This document shows, one piece after another, positions 25,574 through 39,302 of a stretch of DNA of 64,000 nt. The notes under the pieces are model-generated. The model made no database searches. It worked only from the letters and a program-made list of their open reading frames with translations, and was not told where the DNA came from. Within the stretch, counting starts at the first letter, position 1. The number at the start of each line of letters is the position of its first letter. The DNA comes from Somniosus microcephalus. Its lineage: Eukaryota. The stretch spans positions 38,564,001 through 38,628,000 of the forward strand of contig CM126217.1 in NCBI GenBank assembly GCA_052327205.1, given 5' to 3'. The position numbers were made by a program, and so were the translations under genes.

Positions 25574-27336
25574 TCACAGATTCAGTCTCTGAGGAGGCCT
25601 CCTGATCCGAGACGGATAACGCCTTTCAGGGGTCTCTGGTTCTCGTTGCTGGGGTGACTCATCTAGTTGATCCCCTATGGATAGGACATCATCATCAGGT
25701 ATATTCACTTCTGAGGTAAATGCTTCAGGTTCACTAACTTCCTCCACGGTTGTCTCTGTCGTAACCATGGGCTCGACCCCACCAGTTGGTCAGCATGACG
25801 TCGCATTACGTTTTCACCAACATCTACCATGTACATCAGGGGTCCTTGTCTGGCCCGAATTGTTCCAGATTGCCATTTCTCGTTTTTATAGTCCCTGGCT
25901 AACACCGGTTGTCCTATTTCAAAACTCCGAGTGGGCTTGTTATTGATATGCTGGAACTGTTTGTTTTCGACTTCCCTCCGCACATTTGGTTTTAACAAGT
26001 CCAACCTGGACCGCAACCTCCTGTTATAGAACATCATGGCAGGACTTTGGTTTGTTGTTGCATGGGTGGCGTTTCGATATGCCAGTAGGAAATTGTCCAC
26101 CTTGTGTTGCAGTGGAATCTGATCTTCGCTCATGGCCTTTATTGCCTTTTTGAACGTCTGTACAAACCTCTCGGCCAGCCCATTCGTAGCTGGATGATAT
26201 GGGGCAGAGGTATAATGTTTCACCCCATTCTTCTTCAGGAATTTCTGGAATTCCTCTGACACGAACTGTGGTCCGTTGTCTGAACATATTTGCTCTGGCA
26301 ATCCATTTCTTGCAAATATCGTTCTTAGCACCGCGATCGTCTTCTCCGAGGTAGTGGTAGTCATTTTAATCACTTCTGGCCATTTAGAATGTGCGTCCAC
26401 CACAATTAAAAACATGGAATCCATGAATGGACCAGCAAAGTCAATATGTACACGTTGCCATGGGGTTGAAGGCCATTCCCATGGATGCAGCGGTGCAATT
26501 GGAGGTGCATTTTGGACTTTTTGGCACCCTGAGCAGCTTTTCGTCAGATCCTCTATCTGTTGGTCGATACCCGGCCACCACACATAAGCCCTAGCAAGGC
26601 TTTTCATCTTGACTCCCCCCAGATGACCTTCATGTAGTTCTTTTAGAACTCTCTCTCTTAACTTAGGAGGGATAATCACCCTTGTTCCATACATCAATGT
26701 TCCCTGACAGATGGACAGCTGTTCTCGTCTTGCTGAGAATGCCGGTAACAGTGGATCACCATGGGCTGGCCATCCCTTTACTGTCAATTCGTAGACCCGG
26801 GACAGTGTCGGGTCATTCCTAGTCTCCCTTTCAATATTTGCATTGGTGACAGGTAAACATTCGATGATGGTCGAGTGAAATAACTCCACCGGGTCAACCG
26901 TCGGTGCCTCCTCCTCAGTAGGTAGTGGCAGGCGCGACAGCCCATCAGCATTACCATGCTGCTTTGTACCTTTGAATTCTATCTGATATTGATGTGCCCC
27001 TAGGAAAAGGGACCATCTCTGGAGCCTCTGTGCTGTCATCACCGAAACACCCTTCTTAGGGTTAAAAATGGATACCAACGGCTGGTGGTCTGTCAGCAGT
27101 GTAAACTTCTGGCCCTGCAGGTAATGATTAAACTTCTTTACTCCCCACACAAGGCTGAGAGCCTCCCTATCTATCTGAGCATAGTTGCGCTCAGCGGAGG
27201 TCAATGATCTGGATGCAAATGCGACTGGCCTTTCCAAGCCATTTGGCAACTTGTGTGAGAGTACTGCTCCAATACCATAAGGAGAAGCATCACAAGCTAA
27301 ACGAATAGGTAGCGTTGGGTTGAAGTGAGCCAACAC
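25574..27336 (-). CDS. Gypsy RNase H-integrase (second part; further frameshift near 25780)
   Basis: LACDASPYGIGAVL, NYAQIDREAL, HEGH...CSGC, HIDFAGP, SDNGPQF, NGLAERF; the C-terminal RRYPSRIRRPPQRLNL is in another frame. Confidence 0.92.
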
Positions 27337-27377
27337 TTCCTGAGGTGATCAATGCCTTGCTTTTGCGAAAGGCCTTC

Positions 27378-29513
27378 TTAGTCCTCGCTCCACTTCCATG
27401 GTACTTCTTTCTGCAAAAGAGCGTTCAGCGGGTGCAGCACCGTGGATAGATTTGGCAGAAACTTATGGTAATAGTTAATCAACCCTAGGAACGACCTCAA
27501 CTGGGATACATTTTCCGGAGCGGGAGCCTTCACAACAGCTTCGATTTTGTCAGGTGACTTGTGCAGCCCCTCCTGGTCAATGACATGACCACAGTACGAG
27601 ATCCGTTTCTGAAAGAACTCACATTTCTGGCGATTAACTCGAAGTCCATATTCCTTCAATCTGGTGAGCACCAGTTTCAAATTTGCAAGGTGTTCCTCAT
27701 CGTCATCTCCTGTAATCAGGATATCGTCCAAGTAACATTGAGTGCTTGGAATTCCCTGTAATACCTGCTCCATGGCCCTCTGCCAAATTGCTGGAGCCGA
27801 AGCCACTCCAAAAACCAGTCTATTATATCGATACAAGCCTCTGTGCGTGTTGATTGTGAGATACTGGCGCGACTCTTCCTCAACTTCCATCTGTAAGTAC
27901 GCTTGCGCCAGGTCTATCTTGGTGAAGTGTTTCCCGCCAGACAATGAAGCAAAGATATCCTCAATCCGTGGAAGCGGATATTGCACCGTGTGAAGCACCG
28001 GATTAACCGTGATCTTGAAGTCTCCACAGATGCGGACCTTCCCCGGTTCCCCTGGCTTGTTACTCGATGAACGCTTCATGATGGGAACAATGGGCATGGC
28101 CCACTCACTCCAGTCCACCTTAGACAGTACTCCTGAACGTTCTAGCCCTTCCAGCTCAGCTTCCACAGCAGGTCGTATCGCATAAGGTACCGGTCTGGCT
28201 TTGAAAAATTTTGGGTTTGCATGTTCTGCAATCTTGATTTTTGCCTTAATTCCTCTCAGTGTTCCCAGTCCCTGTTGGAACACCTCTTTAGCATCATCCA
28301 ATATTCTGGACAATCGTTCAGGTTTGACATCTTTTTTTCCGGAATCTACCGTTATTGCTTTTAGGGAGTGCCAGTCCATGTTTATTTTCCTGATCCACTC
28401 CTGTCCCAGAAGTGGTGGACCTCCCTCAGGTAGTACATATAAGTCCATTCCTTGGTGTTCTTTGCCCTTGTGTACCACCTTGACTTTTATCTTTCCGATG
28501 GGGTATACTCTTTGCCCCGTGTATGTCTGCAATACTATCTCCGTATCCCGTAGGGGAATATGTGTGAATAACCTTTTGTAATCTTGCTTATTCATGACCG
28601 TCAACGCCAATCCGGTGTCCAATTCCATCTTCACTTGGACTCCTGCTATCTGAAGTGTGACCCAGATAGTTTGTAGGTCAGCTTCCTTACTCACATTGTG
28701 AATTCTCAGACTACCCAGTTCCTTGCTGTTGGAGTCTGAATCCGAATTCTGTTCATCCGAACTCTTCTCAGCCACCTTATGCACCTTTCTGCACTTTTCC
28801 TGCGGTGACTTTTTGTTGCTGGTCTTCTTTCCTGACCGGCATACTTTAGCTATGTGACCAAGCTTGCCACATTTTCTACATTCCTGATTTTTAAACCAGC
28901 ATTGGTTCTGATCGTGTGTTGTCTTTCCACAACGATAACATTTCGCTGTACCCAAAGCCATTTGATCTACGCTGAGTACCGCTGCCTTCAGCTGCATTTC
29001 CGCAGTGCCTCTCGCTGCGGCTTCGTGCGATGCTGCAATAGTGACAGCCTTATCAAGTGTAAGATCATTCTCTTCAAGCAGCCGCTTTTGTGTTCCTTCT
29101 TTCGACAATCCACACATGAATTTGTCTCTCAGTGCCTCTGTCAGTCTTTCCCCAAACTGACAGTATTTCGCTAGCTTACGCAGTTCAATTAAATACTCCG
29201 CGTTGCTTTCCTCTTTCAGTTGCATTCTCGCATAAAATTTAAATCGTTCTGCTAACATCAGCGGTGTGGGATTCAAATGATTTCTCAGGACAGCAACAAT
29301 ATTAGCGAAAGCCTGATCCGCCGGTTTAGCTGGTGATAGAAGATGCTTCAATAGCCCGTATGTCTTCGCACCCATTGAGTTTAGTAAGGTTAGTGCTTTA
29401 TCTTCATCTGATATTTTATTTGCCTTACAATAAATCTCTATGCGTTCTACATACGTGGCCCAATCTTCAACATCGGCATCGAAATCGTTGATGTTACCAC
29501 GCTTAGGCATCCT
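27378..29513 (-). CDS. Gypsy gag-protease-RT (first part of an interrupted polyprotein)
   Basis: CYRCGKTTHDQNQC and CRKCGKLGHIAKVC knuckles; protease LDTG; RT RICGDFK, KIDLAQAY and YLDDILI. Confidence 0.92.
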   Translation of the reverse strand, partial: RMPKRGNINDFDADVEDWATYVERIEIYCKANKISDEDKALTLLNSMGAKTYGLLKHLLSPAKPADQAFANIVAVLRNHLNPTPLMLAERFKFYARMQLKEESNAEYLIELRKLAKYCQFGERLTEALRDKFMCGLSKEGTQKRLLEENDLTLDKAVTIAASHEAAARGTAEMQLKAAVLSVDQMALGTAKCYRCGKTTHDQNQCWFKNQECRKCGKLGHIAKVCRSGKKTSNKKSPQEKCRKVHKVAEKSSDEQNSDSDSNSKELGSLRIHNVSKEADLQTIWVTLQIAGVQVKMELDTGLALTVMNKQDYKRLFTHIPLRDTEIVLQTYTGQRVYPIGKIKVKVVHKGKEHQGMDLYVLPEGGPPLLGQEWIRKINMDWHSLKAITVDSGKKDVKPERLSRILDDAKEVFQQGLGTLRGIKAKIKIAEHANPKFFKARPVPYAIRPAVEAELEGLERSGVLSKVDWSEWAMPIVPIMKRSSSNKPGEPGKVRICGDFKITVNPVLHTVQYPLPRIEDIFASLSGGKHFTKIDLAQAYLQMEVEEESRQYLTINTHRGLYRYNRLVFGVASAPAIWQRAMEQVLQGIPSTQCYLDDILITGDDDEEHLANLKLVLTRLKEYGLRVNRQKCEFFQKRISYCGHVIDQEGLHKSPDKIEAVVKAPAPENVSQLRSFLGLINYYHKFLPNLSTVLHPLNALLQKEVPWKWSED

Positions 29514-30255
29514 TGCAATCTTCTTGAGAAACAAAAAGAAATTTTTCTTTTTTTTTTTTTTCCAAAATGGCGGTTTCCCGCGCTTGTCTTCTTCCCCCGC
29601 CTACGAAAATGGCGGCTTCCCGCGTTTGCCTTTCTCCCCCGCTGGCTGTAATGGTGATTGCCGTATTGCTGCGTTCGCCCTCCCCAGCGGTTCTCAAATC
29701 GTGCCTCCCAGCCCCTCTTGCAGTCCGGTCCTTTCCACCGGCTGCGGCTGAGTTCTCCGCGGTTTTTAAAAAAATTATTTTTATTTTCTCCCGCGCCTCG
29801 CGGCCTCGGTAGCTGCCCGGCCTTTTTCCCCGGTCGTGGTCGAGCTCTCTCGACGCTGTTGCGTCTCCCAGCCCGCTTGCAGCCCGGTCTTTTACACCGG
29901 CTGCGTTTGCATTCACCGCGGCTCCCGTGCCTTACGCTGCCCCAGACTTCTGTCCGGCTCTTTTCCCCAGCCGTGGTCGAGTTCTCCGCCCTTATATCCT
30001 TCGTTTTTCCCTCCCCTACTTCACAGCCAACGTGGCCGACTTGCTGCTCGTCGCTGATCGGCTTACCCACCACCTGTGGTAGAAGGGATGATCACTGCCT
30101 GTTGCTGATGGAAGGCTTCGTGTCAGGATTCTTCCTTGCTCTTCAGACCCGAGTCTTTTCTCGGCAGGATGATGAGGGCGGATGCCTCTTCTCGACGCCC
30201 GTTAAACTGCCTTGGATATATCTCTGCCGCAGGGTAAGATCGTCATCGTCGCCAC

Positions 30256-30491
30256 TGTTAAGTCTGTGTGTTCTAGTTATTGTTAATAAGAATCACTGCA
30301 CACAGACCACAAGAATAAATTCAACAGGTCTTTACTAGTCGAAGGTCAGGCTGAACTGCCCAATAAATCATTACACAGCACTTATATACCGGTGTGGTCA
30401 CCACCGGTATTACAGTATACAGCAGCCAAGATAAAGTAGTGCATCTCTTAAAATAGTTCTCTTAAAAGGTGGAATGGTTACATACACCACA
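30256..30491 (-). repeat. 5' LTR (236 bp)
   Basis: Followed by the PBS TGGCGACGATGACG (30241-30254); contains TATATAA and an AGTAAA poly(A)-like signal. Confidence 0.96.
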
Positions 30492-30524
30492 ACAACCATC
30501 TCTGCTGCCACACCACCACCAACT

Positions 30525-30700
30525 TTCATTTGTATATCACTTTTATCTGTAGAAAAACATCCCAAGACTGTTGATAGAAGCACGTGGGAGGATTGGACAA
30601 TGAGGGGGTTGTCGGCAGGAGGAGGTTACAAGGATAGGGAGGGGGCAAGGTCATGGAGGGATTTAAACACAAGGATAAGAATTTTAAATTTGAGGCTGGA
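30525..30700 (-). mobile_element. L2-like LINE 3' fragment
   Basis: Matches 10200-10560 (gggatttaaacacaaggata.gaattttaaatt). Confidence 0.55.
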
Positions 30701-30880
30701 TGGGGGGACCTGGTTGCCAATACCACTTGGTAGGATATGGGGAGAGATTGGACTGCCACTTCGAGACGACTGTAGTTAGGTACACAAGATTGATTGCAGA
30801 TCAACAATTCTCCTCCCCCCGCCATTCATGAGAAAGAAACCATACTTCCACACAATACAGCAAGCCTACAAGCTCACTCA

Positions 30881-31177
<297 letters not shown>

Positions 31178-32810
31178 TTAAAAAGCCCTCTTTTGATGGG
31201 TTGATTTTTCGGGTGAACCATGCACATTAATCCCATAAGTGGAAATCAAACTTCTTCTTGGGGTACATCTGTAATAGCCCAGCTCCAAGTAGGGTCAGGA
31301 AACTGGTGCAACCAAAGTAGATAATATTAATATATACACAGCATGGAGTCATTAAAGAGAGAGTGAGGGAGCAAAATCATATGTCTGCCTCTTCAACCTA
31401 GGTGGTCATTATCGGAGAGAGAAAATGGATCTAAATTGCTCTTTGTAGCTTACTTTGAATTATCAAAGCCACAAGTTTATGTCATTGTATCTAGAAGGCT
31501 GCAGATCACCTCCCTACCCTCAAATTACAGGCATCTGTCAGTTTTTCATCTATGTGAATAAAACAGTTTACAGTTACAATTAATTCTGCAATTTAGTGCA
31601 ATCTTAGATGTTTCATTTAGAATTGGGACAGGCAGCAATGTTCTTTCTAGAAAGCCAGATGGTGAAGAATTGCTTATTCTAAAATTCTTCCTTGAATTAA
31701 TCAACAAACACACCTGAAAACTGAAAAGAACTCTTCCATTAACCAGCACTCCTGCTGCACAATGGCCGGGGTGAAGGCCCATGGACCGTGCCGCTAATCG
31801 GCTGTGATACCCAACATGCACTACATCTTAGGGGGAGGGGTTGGGTTAGAAAATCAACAGAGAAAGACTTGTCTCATGAAATATTGCTTCCTGCTGAACA
31901 AATAGAAAAACAGCATTGACTGAGGACAAGGAAAACACTTTGTCCCCATGTCCAAGCCCTTTAAAAAAAAAAAAAGCCTGCAAAAAAACTAGGAGATACA
32001 TAGAAATATTTTGCTTGGCTATCATGCACCAGGTATCACACTTTATATAAATTATAACTGAACAATTTTAAAAAGGTATAAGAGGACAGAGAAACTCGGT
32101 TATTGATTTTTTTGTGACATTAAGATAACCTGAAAAGGTTGTTGAACCCCATGTCCTACCGAGCGGTTAAACTAGAGAACCTTCCAACAACAGTGAACTG
32201 CCAATTGACCTCAAGATGTGCCCATCTCTAACCGCTCATTCCTCTGTAAAGTTCGCAAACTCTTCAGTACCACGTCGCTCTGTGTCCATCTCTCTCAAAA
32301 ACTCCCTCCAGTTCTGTTTTCGCCCTGCTTACAGCACCGGCGATGACTCTCATAAGTGGCATCCTTTGTGACTGTGGTGCATTACTACATCTTGTTCTCC
32401 TCAACCTCCCTGCAGCATCGGTTTCCCAGTCTATTTTCATTTCTGAAGCACCTTGTGGCATTTTTTACATTGAAGACACTAACTAAATGCAAGTCACCAT
32501 CGTTGTTTATTGACACCACTTCCCCGTGGGGAATACCTGAGCACTGGTTTAGAGGGATCAGTGCATCGAGTAGAGGGCCATCACACTTCAAAGAGCCACT
32601 CTTTGTGGCAGATGCAAAACCGTTTTTAAAGAACCCAGCATTGACCTGGAGCCCGAAATTTACAAGCAGCTACAATTCCCTGAATTTGCCCATTTAGATC
32701 AGTGCCCCACAGATAGAACTTGTGCAATGGCCTGTGAGAGACAGGCCAATACAGCAGCTAAACATCACAACCATGCTCCAGGCCCCAGTCTACATGTGAG
32801 CATTTCCTCA

Positions 32811-33023
<213 letters not shown>

Positions 33024-33594
33024 TTAAGTATTACCACGGCCATAAGCCCTGTAGGAAATTAATTTTAAAAAGTCTACTGTTTTATACGTAAACTGAACTA
33101 CTGCTGTGGGAGTCACTGCCAGCCACTCATTGTCTGCCAGTCGCTCATTACCTTCCAATTGCAACGACGAGTCTGGTGTTGACACCGCTCACCATTTGCA
33201 AACAGGCCCAACCGCAGCTGGTAACTAACTGGTCGGACTACCTCTTGTACAATTATTGGCAGTTTTCCCACTAAACCCAGTGACGCAGCCTGCCCAATAT
33301 ACCCATTGAGACGGTACGGCTTTTGTTCACCAGTGCACTGGCTGGTTTATTCATTGCTCAGTAGTGCGGAAGATGGATAGGGAAAGAAACCAGATTTAAA
33401 CTTGCATGGAAAGGGTTGAAGCAGCACTAAAAACAGGTCAAAATTGAGAGGTGTGTTACACTTGCTTGTGTTCATGCATAATGTGGTGTGTCATTCACTT
33501 TAAAGCACCAATTCCACACACACATTAAATATAGGTACAGAGATGGCTTTTATAATTCCTGGTTGTTCCGAATTTTAAACTAGTTCAGTTTAAA

Positions 33595-34950
33595 TGGACC
33601 ATGACCCCACCACTGAACATCAAGCCACCATTTCCAAGACAGTCACTAAGCTCATCACCTCTGGAGATCTTCTCCCCATGGTCTCCAACCTCAGTCCCCC
33701 AATCCCACATAGCTGGCTTCTACCTCCTTCCCAAGATCCACAAACAGGACTGTCCTGGCAGACCCATCATTTCAGCCTGTTCTTGCCCCATGGAACTAAT
33801 TTCTTCCTATCTCAACTCTATTTTTTCTCCCCTTGTCTAGTCTGTTCCTGCCTATATCCGCAATTCTTCCAACGCCCTCCGCCACTTTAACAGTTTCCAG
33901 TTTCCTGGCCCTAACCATCTTTTAACTATGGACGTCCAATCCCTCTACACCTCCAACCCCACCAAGACAACCTGAGGGTGCTCCACTTCTTCCTTGAACA
34001 GAGGCCCGACCAGTTCCCATCCACCACCACCCTCCTCCACCTGGCTGAACTTGTTCTCACATTGAACAACCTCTCCTTTAACTCCACTCACTTCCTCCAA
34101 AAAGGTGTTGCTATAGGAACCCGTATGGGTCCTAGAAATGCCTGCCTTTTTGTGGTTATGTGGAACATTCTTTGTTACAGTCTTACTTGTGTCCCCACCC
34201 TCACCTCTTTTGAAAAATTAATGACTGTATTGGTACCAATTTCATCCCTTCCCGTGCCTTCAAATGGTCCATCTCTGACTCTTCCCTTCCTTTACTTCCA
34301 TCTCTCTTTCTGGGGATAGACTATCGACCAATATCCACTATAAGTCCACTGACTCCCACAGCTACCTTGGCTAGACTTCCTCCCACCCCATTTCCTGCAA
34401 GGACTCTATTCCATTCTCCTAGTTTCTCCATCTCCTTCGCATCAGTTCTGATGATGCCACCTTCCATATCAGTGCTTCAGATAGGTCTTCCTTTTTCCTC
34501 AACTGAGGATTCCCCCCCACCGTGGTTGACATGGCCCTCGACCGTGTCCGATCCATTTCCCGCACTTTTGCTCTCACCCCTTCCCCTCCCTCCCAGAACC
34601 ACAATAGGGTTCTCCTGGTCCTCAACCTTTCACCCCACCAGCCTCCACATTCAATGGATCATCCTCCGCCATTTCCAGCGTGACCCCACCACCAAACACA
34701 TCTTTCCCTTCCCTCCCCTCTCCTTTCAGCATTCTGAAGGGACCGCTCCCTCCAGGACACCTTGGTCTACTCCTCAATCACCCCCAACAGCCCCTCCCCT
34801 CCCCACGGTATCTTCCCGTGCAAGCGCAGGAGATGGAACACCTGCCCTTTTTTCTCCTCCCTTCCCACCATCCAGGACCCCAAACACTCCTTCCAGGTGA
34901 AACAGCGATTTACTTGCACTTCTTTTAATTTAGTATACTGTATTCACTTG
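33595..34950 (+). mobile_element. Penelope-like element RT / GIY-YIG remnant
   Basis: FYLLPKIHK..PGRPIISAC, TMDVQSLYT, NNLSFNSTHFLQKGVAIGTRMGP, FPCKRRRWNTCP...RFTCTSFNLVYCI; multiple frameshifts. Confidence 0.92.
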
Positions 34951-35161
34951 GTGGAAAATGTTCTGGACATTCCTACTTTTATATAATTTCTTGTGTAGCA
35001 ATGCAGAAAATGGCAATGCAATACTGAAGTGAGGTTTTAGCAGAAGTAAAATTGGTCTTTTAGGGGTTGGGAGTGAGGTATAGTTACATAAATGTTTCAA
35101 CTATTTAGACAGTTTTGGAATTTTACATGACTCCTCAGCAAAGCTTCTTAAAAAGCACTCA

Positions 35162-35416
<255 letters not shown>

Positions 35417-35780
35417 TCACGGTCAAGACCAATTCTGTTTTCACCGGACATCCACATGTGTGCCTTTTCTAGCATGCGTCGTTGGAGATAGGAGAGGAAT
35501 AGGAATGCTGGCAGATTGTTTTTCCCACTCCATAGCCCACTGAGCTCAGTTGTACTGACCCTATTGCTGCCCTGACTAACATCAGCTAATTCAGCAGTGA
35601 CCAACGTTTGAACCTCCCTGGTCTGGTGGCTCAACACCACAGCAGTAAGGGCTCTTACCCCTGAGCCATCAGGGAGCCAACTGGTTCTCTTCATTGCCAT
35701 AAAGTAATTGTGAAGGTGAATCTATTACCAGATGTTCTGAATGCCATGATGCTATATCAGAGATTGGCTAATTTGAAGCA

Positions 35781-35890
35781 TTTATGGATGTGACTGTCTC
35801 CATCGGAGCGTGCACACGTCACTACATATTCTAGCTGCAGAGAGGAATGCAATTTTTATACCGGTTTTGCAGCCTTCTGGTACCCTGTGC
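35781..35890 (-). pseudogene. Degenerate duplicate of KIAA0930 exon 4 with its acceptor (copy 2)
   Basis: CTGCAG|CTAGAATATGTAGTGACGTGTGCACGCTCCGATGGAGACAGTCACATCCATAAA gives [18 protein letters not shown]; upstream intron is similar too; no donor. Confidence 0.85.
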
Positions 35891-36424
35891 AAGGTAACCC
35901 CCCCCACAAAAACTGAGTAGTTGCTAATGATCACAGAGAGAAGAGGCAAGTTGTGAAGAGTTTGACCTCCAGCACTCCTGTAGGGTTGGGGAGGGGGCTC
36001 ATAGCATCCAGCTCCAGCAGTCAGTGTACCCTCATGTGGGGGGAAAATAACTCTTACAAATTAAAAATACACAAAAATTGAAAAGTGTGCGACTTTGTGC
36101 AATAAAATAAAATTGCACAAATAGAAGGTATCCAATTAAAATAAATCAATGCAACAGATTTCAAAGAGAGATACTACTGACAAGTTCAGTGGGTTTCTTC
36201 CTCCCAGTTCACCAAGTTTTTAAAAAAATTGCAATCTGACAATTTTTTTCAACCAGATATCCATAATTACATTTTCCCCAACTCCAGTAGTTGTTTTTTT
36301 CTGTACTTGGAAATGTGGACAACACTGAGGCATCCCTTGGTGCCCCGAGGGTAATAGAGAGTCAACCAGTGTGGAACTGGAGTCAAATGTAGGCCAGACT
36401 GGGTAGGGCTGGCAGGACATTTCT

Positions 36425-36505
36425 ATGCACACCGCACATGTAAAACGACATATTCCAGCTGCAGAAAGAGCGAGAGAAAAAGAGGTTTTATACTTGTGCT
36501 TTGCC
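36425..36505 (-). pseudogene. More degenerate duplicate of the exon 4 5' part (copy 3)
   Basis: TCTTTCTGCAG|CTGGAATATGTCGTTTTACATGTGCGGTGTGCATA (LEYVV, 2-nt insertion, TCAVC). Confidence 0.75.
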
Positions 36506-36979
36506 ACACATTGACAGGTTTACATTAATCCAATTTCACAATTTGTCACTGTCGGATTTGAATTCACAGCCTCTGGGTTGTTAATCGAGTACCATAACCG
36601 CTAGGCTTCTCCATGTGAAGTAAAGAAGCTCCCTTGTAAAAAGAGTCTTGTCCTATCTCTAATCATTTTAAAATCCTCTCTTTAAAAAAAACCTAAAACT
36701 AAAAGCAGAGATCAGTACTGGTTGTGTGGACAGAATCCCTCTCCACCCCCACCCCCCCCATCCACTGGTTAGATTCACTGACTAATGCAGTCCCTGGGGT
36801 GAAGATCATAGCTGAGATACCCATCACTGCACAAATCGCAAGCTCCGGTCAATCCCTGTCGGATAAAAAGAAATCTGTACTTTCAGAATATTCCATTTGG
36901 TGGTGAAAATAAAAAAGGATTTATTCAATGGAATTTAGGGCAGCGATAACAGAATTGAGCCAAACCCCTTACCCACAAG

Positions 36980-37175
36980 ACTAGCGAAACTGGAATTGTT
37001 CTGCTTAGAGCAGAGAAGGTTAACAGGAGATTTGATAGAGGTGTTCAAAATCATGAAGGGTTTTGATAAAGTAAATAAGGAGAAACAGTTTTCACTGGCA
37101 GGAGGGCAGATAACCAGAGGACACAGATTTAAGGTAATTGGCAAAAGAACCAGAGGGGTGATAAGGAGAATTTTT
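36980..37175 (+). mobile_element. CR1 fragment
   Basis: FCLEQRRLTGDLIEVFKIMKGFDKV...TRGHRFK. Confidence 0.85.
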
Positions 37176-38737
37176 CTTGGAAATTCAAAAGTTGCTGTCG
37201 GAGATATGCTGCTCCACCATTAGCATCACAAAAACGGCATTTCGCTGTCAGCCTCACCATCGATAGGCATTGAATGTTGTGAAGTTGCTGTATTTGCGCA
37301 GTAGGTACAAACTGACCTTGCCACAGAAAGTTGATTTGTCCATTTCGGTCTAAGTACCCTTTTAATGACATAAGTGTTAATTACTGTCAAGCAACCTCCC
37401 TGGCACTGAAAATTAACTATTACAAGTGTTGAGTCTCATTCATTCAGATTTTAATTGTTGTTGGAGATTTAAAATTGTAACATTTAATTTTTTTAAATTA
37501 ATTTTCCTTTGTCTCTTTTCTCTCTTAATCCAATCTTTTTTTCCCGCTCGTTATTTTTCATTCTGTACCTGAATTGGCATTGAATTCATTCACTCTAATT
37601 TACACTTCCTTCTCAGTCCTTGTGCTGTTAATTTCACAATCCTTCAATCTGATTGGTTAAGGAGATGCACAGTTGCTTGCCCTGTTCAGTCAGGTCCCAG
37701 ATGCCCCTCGCTAGATTTGCTCCTACAGCAAATTACGGCCCAGTCAGATTAACAATCAAACATTGAGCTGCCACTAGAGGGTGCTCTGCATCCAGCTGCA
37801 ATTAGTGTGTGATATTGTAGAAAGCTCTAAAGATTCTCAAGAAATTAGTCCCACCCGTGTGAGTCTCCAAGAAGGAAGCCAAGAAAGAGCTCTTATGGGC
37901 AGTGATTATAGCAGTTACATTGTAGTGGGACTGTATGTGGTGTCTGGTCCCAAGGTACTGAACAGAGTATTAAAAGGGTGGGTATTTCTAGTGAAATTTC
38001 TCCCTCCTTATTTACAGTTTTGATAAAGAAAAATAACTCTCCAGTTTTGTCCCCTTACCCCTGAAGTTCATGCAAACTTCTTCATGCGCAGTGCTAGAAC
38101 ATGAAGTTTTACTGAGCTATTCAACTAGAAGGACATCACAGTCAAGCCCAATCTGTCTTCAATTTATGTTCACACATACATGATTTCAGCAGGAGTCACT
38201 GGACAGTGATCAGGAAAGGATAAAGAAAAACCTTACATAGCACATTATCACATCCTCAGAAAATCCCAAAGTGCTTGACAGCAATTAGTTACTTTTAAAA
38301 TTCAATTGTTGTTATGTAAGCAAGTTCCAGAAGTGTGAACCCTGGTTGACTTTCCCCTCCCTAGCCCAGAGACACCAAGTCCAATTTTAGCACCCCCATT
38401 GTCAACCAGGTTGAGGTCAACTCACTTAGAACAGACCAGGGACTAAATATAGAACCTGCCTGACCTGTTCCTTCAGTACCACATCAGACACTGCATTTAG
38501 TCTATTGAGACACTTGGAGCAGGAACACTGTCTTGACTTCCTTTATGCATTAAAAAATATATATAATCAACTGGCAATTGTAAAGATTTCTGACAACACA
38601 AAAGGGAACCACTTGACAGGCCAATGGCCAGCAGGATATTATGAGTTTCAGTAAAGCTGGTCCCTTTGGTTTAGAAAGCATCTCAAGTATTGCAGCTCGA
38701 GCATGGCGTCTGAGCAGCAAGAAACTATCCAGTCTCA

Positions 38738-38911
<174 letters not shown>

Positions 38912-39302
38912 CTAATGCCAGATCAGCAGAGCTACTGATTCGCAGTAACTAAAGTCAAATTCGGTTTTGTTTTTGCATGGTATTCTGGGTTTTCTACTGA
39001 TGTGTTGGGGAATCCAATTCCGTCTTCCCCCCCCCCCATGATTTTGGAAGTGACTCCGGCTGCTGGACACCGAAGGTAGAAATCCTCCCATTCGGCAGAA
39101 TTACTCAGGAAAGCCGAGGGAAAGAGGGGGGGGGGGGGGGGGGGAAAGGGATGACAATGCAGGGAAGAGTGAAAGCAGAAGGAAAAATGAAGGAAAAGGG
39201 ACAAGCTCGTGTGGCATTTAGAGGTGGGGAGGAAGGGGAATGCCAGCACTAGCTTGGGGTGGAGAGGGGGGGATCAAAAAGGACAAGGACGAATGAATTG
39301 GG

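Larger units (their letters stand above)
25264..30491 (-). mobile_element. Full-length Ty3/Gypsy LTR retrotransposon, Mag-like clade
   Basis: TG...CA LTRs, 5-bp TSD ACAAC (25259-25263 and 30492-30496), PBS TGGCGACGA, PPT, gag with two CCHC knuckles, PR-RT-RH-IN order. Confidence 0.97.

Noticed and set aside
27336-27380. Programmed ribosomal frameshift in the Gypsy element
   Set aside because: The break falls between RT and RNase H rather than at gag/pol, has no clear slippery heptamer, and is explained by two 2-nt deletions.
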